Origin: Octopus vulgaris
Taxonomy: Eukaryota
DNA: 64,000 nucleotides
Assembly (NCBI GenBank): GCA_951406725.2
Contig: OX597823.1
Span: forward strand, 29,202,001-29,266,000
Direction of reading: 5' to 3'
Shown piece by piece: positions 54,077 through 64,000 of this stretch. The notes under the pieces are model-generated. The model ran no database searches and was not told where the DNA came from. It saw nothing but the letters and a program-made list of their open reading frames with translations. Position 1 is the stretch's first letter. Each line of letters starts with the position of its first letter. The position numbers and the translations under genes are program-made.

Positions 54077-54270
54077 ACATGGAAAAATACCTTAGGAATG
54101 AGAACCCAGGTTCGAAATTTCCCCCAAGGCACCTGATGAAGGCTGGAGGATATATCAGCTGAAACTTTATGTTGACAACAAACAAGATGAAGACAAGGAT
54201 CCGTCAAATGTAAATAATATAAATAAGATAAATAATGTACATAATTCCTCATCGCTTAAATTTGGAACTG
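53938..54270 (+). mobile_element. tRNA-headed short element containing a hammerhead motif
   Basis: Head GGGCATATGGCATAGTGATTAAGAGCGTGGGCTACTAACCCC...GAGATCTATTCC (degenerate A and B boxes), then (TAA)n/(TTA)n, then CTGATGA A-GGCTG GAGGATATAT CAGCT GAAA (54133-54164). An inverted copy of its 3' part lies at 53883-53935. Confidence 0.7.
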
Positions 54271-54451
54271 AATTTTTTTTTTTTTGTTAATTAGTCTAAT
54301 CAACATATGATGTCCCTGCGTCGTATGCAACGTGGAGGAACGAACAAAACCAGACGTCAGTTGGTGAGGCTTTCATTGTTGGTGTCTGTTGTAGCTGTTG
54401 CAGTTATTGTCGTCGACATCGTTGTTACTGTTAGTAAGAATGTTGTTGTTT

Positions 54452-54482
<31 letters not shown>

Positions 54483-54779
54483 GTGGTGGTGGTGGTGATG
54501 CGGTTGCACGTAATGCAGCTCCTTTCAATTATTGCGATTGTGAAGCTGTATTTGTTCTGTTGTTGTTGCTATGTTGTTGTTGTGGTGGTGGTTGTGGTTT
54601 TTGTTGTTGTTGTTGCTGTTGTTGTTGCGGTGGCTCAGGAAGCCATATCAATGAAAACATCAATTTTATCAACAACAATAACATCAACCACAACATACAT
54701 GAAGCAAATAAAGCGAAAGAAATATTGTGGATTCGAGTTAATATCATTGCAACTGTAACAGCTGCAATATCATAATCAG

Positions 54780-54840
<61 letters not shown>

Positions 54841-55007
54841 GACATCATCATCGACATCATCATCATCATCATCGACATTATCATCGTCATCATCATCATT
54901 ATCATCATCATTATCATCATCATCATCGTCATCGTCATCATCGTCGTTGTCATCATCGTCATCATCATCATCATCAACATCAGCATCGACATCATCAACA
55001 TCATCGA

Positions 55008-55041
<34 letters not shown>

Positions 55042-56213
55042 GTCATCAACATCATCATCATCATCGTCCTCATTGTAATCATCATAATCATCATCATCAT
55101 CATCGTCCTTATTGTAATCATCATCATCACATTAACATCTTCGTCGTCATCGTCATCGTCGTCGTCATCAACACCATCGCCATAATCGTTGGATCCCACC
55201 ATACTATCATCAGCCTCATCACCCATTGCAGCAGCAGCAACATGATCAAAACCATCACCGCCACCGCTGCCGCCACTACCACTACCACCACCAACAACAC
55301 CAACACCATCTTTATCATCATCATCATCATCGTCGTCGTCGTCGTAGTCGTCGTCGCCGTCGACGTCAGCATCGTCTTCTTCGTCATCGTCGTCATCGTC
55401 GTCATCGTCATCATCGTCTTCATATTCAACCAACATCCACATCGTCATAAACACCCTTTCTCTCATCAACATCATCATCATAATCCTAATTATCACCATC
55501 GTCGTCATCAACTTTCGTCACCAGCCTCCCTTTCATCACCGTCAGCAACTGCAGTGGAAGCATCATCGTCATATGCAAAAAAAAAGAAAAAGATGACGGC
55601 AACTGTCACACACACATACATACACACACACACACACACGCACACACACACACGTACACAACACACTCACATACACACACATATATACACACTCGTATAC
55701 AGATTGTGTTCTGAGGCATCCACCGTACAATACTTCATAAATGCAAATATAATCTCGTTGTAGATCAGAGCAATGAAAACCCATGGCAAATCATTGACCT
55801 TAGAGATTTCACGCCGGTCACGTGATCATATCGATGATTCTTTTGTCAAGAAGAGGAGTCGGAGGCGCAGGAGGAGGAAGAGGTGTTGACCATGATGGTA
55901 GATTGTTGCTTGGTGTTGGAGAAAACATAGTGTACAGATAGTTCATTATCATATGGAGTTGTTAACCTTGGTCATACAATAAACAATTATGGGTTTTGTT
56001 GTTGGTGTTGTTGTTGTTGATGGTGTAGTTGTTAGCAGTAGTGTTGGTGGTGGTGGTGTTGGTGGTGTTAGTGGTGGTGGTGGTGGTGGTGGTGGTGGCG
56101 GTAGTGGTGGTGGTGGTTTTGGTGTTTAGCCCGAGGTTGGCAGTGAGCGCACAAATTAACGATGGTGATAACAAATGGATTTCCAGCTGCGATTATCTCA
56201 TGTTATACACGCT

Positions 56214-56244
<31 letters not shown>

Positions 56245-56473
56245 ACAAACACACACACACACAAACACACATGCATATATATATATATATATATATATAT
56301 AGCAAACACATATGTTCACACATATATGACACAAATATATGTATATATGTATACTCATATATGCACACATATATATATATATGTTAACATATATGTACAT
56401 ATATATAGGTATATGTACATAAATATGCACGCACACACGCACACACACATATTTACGGACACACACATATGTA

Positions 56474-57000
56474 CGAGGGATTACTCAAAAATAACGGAAA
56501 CGTTCCCTGTGGTACAAGCCCGTTGTAGTTCTGGCTTCCGCTCCCAAAAGTCACTTGACGTGACCCTCAGGCATCAGTCTGCCGACCGGAGTCATCGGTG
56601 TGACTTTGCTTTCCAGTGCTTCTTCCCTTTTCGTTGATTTTTTGCGATGGCTGAAAGGAAAGAACAGCGTGTTTCCGTGAAATTCTGCTTTCTGCAGGGG
56701 GAAAATGTGGCCGAAACAGTTGTCCTGCTCCAAACAGCTTACAAAGCCGGTGCCATGTGTAAAACATAAGTTTATCAGTGATTTCAATGCTTTTGGAATG
56801 GTCCCTTGTCGCTTGAAGACCAACCTCGTTGAGGACAGCCGTCGACCTCCCAGAACAAATGAAAACATCACGAAAACTCGTAAACTGATCTCTGAGGACC
56901 GTCGCCGAACAATTGACGAACTTGTTGATATGATTGCTGTGTTCTGGAGCTCCTACCAAAAGATCTGAGCGACGAAATTGCGAAGAAAAAGAGTTGCAGG
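56474..57000 (+). mobile_element. mariner transposon 5' fragment (left TIR plus HTH pseudogene)
   Basis: TA|CGAGGGATTACTCAAAAATAAC. Translation MAERKEQRVSVKFCF...AETVVLLQTAY...LEDQPR*GQPST...LISEDRRRTIDEL, with stops. Confidence 0.85.
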
Positions 57001-57119
57001 ACAATTATGTTTTTCTACCTCTCTAACTTCCTCTCAGTTTATTCATTTGTCTCATATATTATCACACTTTCCACTAGCACACACACTCACAAGTATACAC
57101 CCATGCACACACAGATACA

Positions 57120-57162
<43 letters not shown>

Positions 57163-57389
57163 TCATTATATATTCCATTGTTGAAACGGAAGCCATTCTC
57201 TCTCCTTTTCTGTTTCGTATTTCACACTCAAGCGCCCCATTGAAAGCCTTGGCAAGATGTAAGATTTAATAACTTTAGGTCAAAGTTCACGAAACCTTAT
57301 TTCTCTAATGCACACACACGCACTCACGCAAACATACATATATATGTATATACAAATATATATCTGTATAAATATAGATATGTATCTGT

Positions 57390-57464
<75 letters not shown>

Positions 57465-57876
57465 TGTTGCTATACACACATACACACACATATATCTATA
57501 TGTTTCTATATATACGCGCGCCTTCGCACACATATATACACATATATGTACGTTTCAATACACACACACACACACATACACATTTAGGCGTGTATATGAT
57601 TTTTGATACTGGAATATCATCGATCATAGTTTTGCTAGCTCATTTGTTATTAAGAAACTGAGAGATGAAGATTTGCACCTCGATGAGGCATCGGTCTGAT
57701 AGGCCCAAAAGTTGCGGAGGTGGACTGTTCGACAACCATAGAAGGTTATCGAAGGAATTAGGGTTTGGATCTAAGTTATTTTGCGTGAATGTCTGTTTTC
57801 TTATCGACGAAATAGTTTGCTCTGTCGCAAAAGATATAAATAAAATGTCTGATGTATTCGTATGTACATACTCACA

Positions 57877-57938
<62 letters not shown>

Positions 57939-58076
57939 ATGGATCTGTTAGTGAGTATTTGTGTGTGTGTGTGCGTGTGTGAGTGACAGAGAGAGAGTGA
58001 GAGTGAGAGAGGAGCGTGTGTGTGAGTGAGAGTATTGAACGGACATATATCTATGCATATATAAATTTGTGTATAC

Positions 58077-58107
<31 letters not shown>

Positions 58108-58199
58108 TGTATATATATATATACATATATATATACATATACACATATATATATATATATATGTATGTGTGTATGTATATATATATATACATATACATA

Positions 58200-58915
58200 T
58201 ATGTTTGTGTGTTTGTGCTTTTTTGTCCCCCACCATCACTTGACAACCGATGCTGGTATGTTTACGTCCCCGTCACTTAGCGGGTCGGCAAAAGATTACG
58301 ATATAATAAGTACTAGGCTTACAAAGAATAAGTCTTGGGGTGGATTTGCTAGACTAAAGGTGATACACCAGCATGGCCGCAACCAAGATGACTGAAACAA
58401 ATAAAAGAATAAAAGAATGTGTGATTTTTTTTACTCTTTCGCTAATATTCTTTTATTCTGTTATTTGTTTCAGTCATTTGACTGTGGCCATGCTAGAGGA
58501 CCACCTTTTAGTCGAGCAAATCCACCTCAGAACTTATTCTTTCTAAGCCTAGTACTTATTCCACCGGTCTCTTTTGTCGAACCGCAAGTTTCGGGGACGT
58601 AAACACACCAAAATCAGTCGTCGAGCGATGGTGGGAGCGACAAACACACACACTGAAACATACACACAAACTTACATAAATATATATATATATATATTTC
58701 TTTACTACCCACAAGGGGCTAAACACAGAGAGGACAAACAAACGGATTAAGTCGATTATATCGACCCCAGTGCGTAACTGGTACTTATTTAATCGACCCC
58801 GAAAGGATGAAAGGTAAAGTCGACCTCGGCGGAATTTGAACTCACAACGTAGCGGCAGACGAAATACGGCTACGCATTTCGCCCGGCGTGCTAACGTCTC
58901 TGCCAGCTCGCCGCC
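58200..58915. mobile_element. SINE cluster: inverted family A 3' halves (58200-58417 +, 58450-58660 -) and a family B copy (58700-58915 -)
   Basis: Matches to the in-window consensus of families A and B. Confidence 0.75.
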
Positions 58916-58916
58916 T

Positions 58917-59381
58917 GTATGTGTGTATGTATAGATGTTTTTATGTTATGTATGTATGTAGGAGTGGCTGTGTGGTAAGTAGCTTGTTTACCAACCACAT
59001 AGATCCAGGTTTCAGTCCCTCTGCGTGGCACCTTGGGCAAGTGTCTTCTACTATAGCCTCGAGCCGACCAAATCCTTGTGAGTGGATTTGGTAGCCGGAA
59101 ACTGAAAGAAGCTTGTCATATATATATATATCTACTATAGCCTCGAGCCGACCAAATATATATATATATATATATATATACGACAAGCTTCTTTCAGTTT
59201 CCGGCTACCAAATCCACTCACAAGGATTTGGTCGGCTCGAGGCTATAGTAGAAGACACTTGCCCAAGGTGCCACGCAGAGGGACTGAAACCTGGATCTAT
59301 GTGGTTGGTAAACAAGCTACTTACCACACAGCCACTCCTACATACATACATAACATAAAAACATCTATACATACACACATA
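58917..59381. repeat. ~200-bp identical inverted duplication of a SINE A 5' half plus flank
   Basis: 58917-59117 is the reverse complement of 59182-59381, including private substitutions. Confidence 0.9.
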
Positions 59382-59445
59382 CTTACACACACAGAGACAC
59401 ACACACACATACATACATACATACATACATACATACATACATACA

Positions 59446-59479
<34 letters not shown>

Positions 59480-59989
59480 AATTCCATTTTTGATGTTGAA
59501 ATTCCAATGAAGGAACCTTGGTTCTAGATTAGAAACCGGCTCTTTCTCTATTGGCAAAAAATCTTGAACTAAAACTGAATAATGACATACATACCTACAA
59601 ACATACATACATAGACACACACACATACATACATACATACACACATACACATATATACATACATACATACATACATACATACATACATACATACATACAT
59701 ACATACATACATACATACATACATACATACATACATACATACATACATGGTGGCTGCCCCCTCGTTATCGAGTATGGCCATTGCCCGAAGCTTAATCAAT
59801 GTTGTTATCGTGCAATGCCTGTGTAAGATTTTTTTTAAGTGAGGAAACGCTGTGCACTGAGTCAATCCCACTCACTAAGCAACAGCATCCATAATCCGAA
59901 AAGATTAACAAGTCAACATCATCGGTAACCACTGAGCCGCAGGTTTTATGTCGGAGTTATCCCAGTTACCTGAGTTACCATCTCCTAGA

Positions 59990-60430
59990 AGGATGCCCTA
60001 ACAGAATAACAAAAAAGAATACCAAGAGACAAAGTTGACCATATTAAGACCGATGGGTCAAAAGAATGTTAGTGGAACTTAAAAATTAGAAGGGCGACAA
60101 ATTAAAACACAGCTTGGCCAGATATTGTTATGCGGAACCACAAGGAAAGGATATGTTCGGCTGTGGAAATCAGTTGCCCTTTGGACGCCAATGTGGATAG
60201 AAAAATACAAGTGGAAGAAGGCATCTGTGGACCATTGATAAGGAATTTGCAAATCCAGTGCACAAGATACAGTTTCAGCTTCATAGCTATTATTATTGGA
60301 GCAAAAGGATACATACCAGCCCGACTGGAACCGCTGAAATTGGGATCTTAAGGAGATTACGCATATACTTTATTTATACACTAAAAATGATGACGATAAC
60401 TGGGATTTAAAAGATTTGCAAAACTTTAAG
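59990..60430 (+). mobile_element. REL-endonuclease domain remnant of a non-LTR retrotransposon
   Basis: PDIVMRNHKERICSAVEISCPLDANVDRKIQ...FSFIAIIIGAKGYIP fits the PD...E-x-x-x-P...K REL motif. Confidence 0.6.
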
Positions 60431-60444
60431 ATTTAAAGGATAAT

Positions 60445-60838
60445 CTTTTCTCTCCTAGGCAAAAAGCCCGGAAGTTTTGGAGAGGAGACCAGTCGATTAC
60501 ATTGACCCTAGTACGCAAACTGGTACTGAATTTATCGACCCGGAAAGGATGAAAGGCAAAGTCGACCCTGGTGGAATTTGAACTCAGAACGTAAAGACAG
60601 ATGAAATACCTATTTCTTTACTACCCACAAGGGGTTAAACAGAGGGGACAAACAAAGACAGACAAACGGATTAAGTCGATTATATCGACCCCAGTGAGTA
60701 ACTGGTACTTATTTAATCGACCACGAAAGGATGAAAGGCAAAGTCAACCTTGGTGGAATTTGAACTCAGAACGTAAAGACAGATGAAATACCGCTAACCA
60801 TTTCGCCCGGCGTGCTAACGTTACTGCCAACTCACCCC
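60445..60838 (-). mobile_element. Two tandem SINE family B copies with different 3' tails
   Basis: The central domain occurs twice (60530-60610 and 60710-60790). One tail is ...gcctaggagagaaaag, the other ...ccccttgtgggtagtaaagaaatag. Confidence 0.75.
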
Positions 60839-61112
60839 CTTATGGATTTAAAGGATAATGAACAAAGCAAGATGCATTCCTTCATAACCTTGTCACCATG
60901 TCGGTGGCCGGTCAAAATTTAATTTTAATTAAAAAGAGAAAAAGAACATACATGCAAACACACACGTACATACATACATACATACATACATACATACATA
61001 CATACATACATACATACATACATGCATGCATGCATGCATGCATGCATACATACATACATACATACATACATACATACATACATACATACATACATACATA
61101 CATACACCAAAA

Positions 61113-61270
61113 AGCGGTGAGCTGACAGAAACTTTAGCAAGCCGAGCAAAATGCTTAGCAGTATTTTGTCTGTCTTTACGTTCTGCCTTCATCCTTTCGG
61201 GGTCGATAAATTAAGTACCAGTTGCGTACTGGGGTCGATCTCGGGCCTTGTGCCTAGAGTAGAAAAGAAT
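61113..61270 (+). mobile_element. SINE family B, internally deleted
   Basis: gcggtgagctgacagaa...ccttcatcctttcggggtcgataaattaagtaccag...ggccttgtgcctagagtagaaaagaat. Confidence 0.7.
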
Positions 61271-61907
61271 ATTATTCCATATTCTTGTCACCAATTGTCA
61301 GTGTATTGTTTTTGTTCCCTTCATTTCTCCTTTTTCCGTTCTCATTCGGACCATTTTTTTTATAACGAAGGGAGATTGGTACCATTCCAGAACCATTTCT
61401 CATAACCAGAGGAAGTTTTCTTTATCGAAAATTACTTAGACAATACATCACCATCACCACCACCACTATTGCTCAATTTATCTCGTTTTATTTCATATTT
61501 TTCTCTTTCTATTATTCTTTTGTAATTTTCATATTTTTATTATTTTCTTTTAAATTTCTGCTGACCTTGATTGACCCTTTATGATGTTTTTTTTTTATTA
61601 AAAATAAAACAAAAGCAACAAATATAATGAAATAAAATTATTGCCACCATCAATAACGTTATTACCACCACTACCACCACTGCCACCACACCAACACCAC
61701 CAACGCCACCATCTCCATCATCACCTTTACTACAATCACCGACACCACCACCATCAATACCCCCACCATCATCGTTAAACAACTATCTGCGTCATTGCTA
61801 CAAATGTTCGCACCAACATCAACATCTGCCTATTTCTCGCTCTATCACTCACTCAATCAGTCACTCACTCTCTCTTCCTCTCTCTCCCACTCTTCCACTC
61901 TGCCTCC

Positions 61908-61964
<57 letters not shown>

Positions 61965-62315
61965 ATTTTTCTTCCTTCTCACATGCTCTTCTCTTCTCTC
62001 AATCTAATTACCCTTACTAGTATATTCTCAAAATTCCATTTATACAAGACTCTTTCACAAATGAACAACAAATGGAATTAATATCTACACATTATCCATT
62101 TGAAATTACATCGTATGAAGCTCACATCAGAATTTACCCACCATGGACAAGAATCCTTTTTACCTATTCTACACACCACATTCCTTAGATAACGAAACAG
62201 CATCTTCAACATCCCACATATCTCATATTCCCCTTTAAACGACCTGCATTTCTCCCTTTCCAAAATAACTTCCCGTTTAATGAATGCCTTCTATTAAGAC
62301 TCTCTTAACTTCTCT

Positions 62316-62355
62316 CTGATGATGGGATATCATTTATTTCTCCGAAACAGCCGTA
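62316..62355 (+). ncRNA. Degenerate hammerhead (same family as 42008-42055)
   Basis: CTGATGA TGGGATAT CATTT ATTTCTCC GAAA CAGCCG TA. Confidence 0.55.
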
Positions 62356-62611
62356 AAATCACCTTTCTCTTAAGAGAAGTCCTAGAAATAGCACATTGCT
62401 TTGGCCTTGTTATCTCCTTGTATCTAACATATAGTGAGAATTTACAAAAGAAAGACGGGTGTGTAAACAACAAGCAGATGTATTAGTTTAACGCTTGGGA
62501 AGTGAGAAAATCTTTTACGTTTCGAGTCTACGCTCTTCAACAGAAAGGAACACAGAAATAAACAGGGAGAGAATTTAGAAAAAGGTTCAGTGGCTAGCAA
62601 TCTATCATGGC

Positions 62612-62650
<39 letters not shown>

Positions 62651-63620
62651 GTGTATAGAATGGGAAGGTCATTTCTCTGGGATTCGTTAACTGGTATAGA
62701 TATTTCTGATGACACCCTAATAAGGGTTAAAAATAGTCAATTTTTCAATTAACAGAAAAATAGGCGTTTGTATATTGTATATCTTCTGCGTAGATTTACA
62801 AATATGTTTAACATAATGTATCTTTGCCTGTGTTGATATATATGTATGTGTGTGCATATATATATGTATATATATATATTGGCCTTGCTATTTGCTTTTG
62901 AGCCAAATTAACTAACATATATAAGAATACAAAAAATTGAGACAAGAATGCGACAGGCGACAACAAAACATCCAGACAGATGATACTAAAAGGGACATGA
63001 AAAAACAAGGACTGGTCATTCGGAGTTTTCTTTTGTCAGTCGAGTTCCAGATTATCTTTGCAGTTTCGGCTGGTTACATCCACACACACACTCAGACACG
63101 CATATATATATGTACACACATACATGTCTCTCTACTTATTGGTAGTCTATACATATATACATATATGGGTATAAAAATTAATATATAAACATGCTCTCAA
63201 ACCTGTATGGTGTATTTATATCGCTGTATAAAACTCGTTTTCATTCGTCAGTTTGGGTCACGTGGCAGGCTCATTGGTTAAATGACAGCTTGACCGAATG
63301 ACGGATAACATGTAGATACTGAAATTTTACTGGGATATCAACCAAAAGCAACAAAATAGGCTGGTAGTCATTTCTTAGTTCGGTATCTATTTGAATTAGC
63401 TGCAAGTGAAAGCAATAACATTATATAAAGAGGAATTTCCAATTCGCTACTACTTCCATATTCGGTAGGCTTCTAGGGACATTCATTATGATATACATGC
63501 AGATGCGTGCACGCACACACTTCACACACACGCACGCACACACACGCACGCACACACACGCACACATATGCATGTATGCGTGTGCGTATGTATCTACGTA
63601 TGTTTGTGGCGTGGGGGTGT

Positions 63621-63692
<72 letters not shown>

Positions 63693-63910
63693 ATGAATTA
63701 TGTGTCAGGAGTTGAACAGATAGAACATAACAAGGAGAAAAAATTAGACGAAAGCAGAGAAAACGGGAGACTAGATGAAAACTTAACAGACGGGGAACAT
63801 ATATATATATATATATAATATTAATTAGAGACAAAACCACTATTTTGCAAAACAAACAAGGAAAGACTTAATCAATACATAAAATTTTAATAAAAAGTAA
63901 AAAAAAACCG

Positions 63911-63953
63911 CCACTACAATTGTTTCATGTCTTGAACGACAATCTTCAGGTAG
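63911..63953 (-). ncRNA. Minimal type I hammerhead ribozyme
   Basis: CTAC CTGAAGA T-TGTC GTTCAA GACA-T GAAA CAATTG TA^GTGG; the host element runs off the window end. Confidence 0.75.
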
Positions 63954-64000
63954 ATTTCCGATTTTCAAATATGTTTCAATTTATGACTTCATAAATTGAA

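Overview
AT-rich, repeat-saturated eukaryotic DNA. The dense (TA)n/(CA)n/(TACA)n/(GATA)n and triplet microsatellites and the SINE families resemble an octopus (coleoid cephalopod) genome; this is inferred from repeat content only. No host protein-coding gene can be supported, and nearly all listed ORFs are translations of microsatellites. Supported features are: one intact tRNA-Ser(AGA); at least four tRNA-derived SINE families; fragments of CR1/L2, RTE, R4/Dong and HERO-like LINEs; Tc1 and mariner transposons and MITEs (mariner, pogo/Tigger-like, hAT, piggyBac-type); non-autonomous Helitrons; a probable solo LTR; and two Penelope-like elements (PLEs) with GIY-YIG endonuclease. The main signal not shown by the ORF track is about 17 minimal type I hammerhead-ribozyme (HHR) motifs on both strands, 5 of them intact. 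They sit in PLE pseudo-LTRs and in small non-coding elements. These include a tRNA-headed element carrying an HHR with a PLE-type inverted 5' flank, a four-copy family whose core has U at position 6 instead of the conserved A6, a 523-bp retrozyme-like unit with 90-bp terminal redundancy, and HHRs with long or branched stem II. Several long near-perfect palindromes are also present. All folds and alignments were done by eye.
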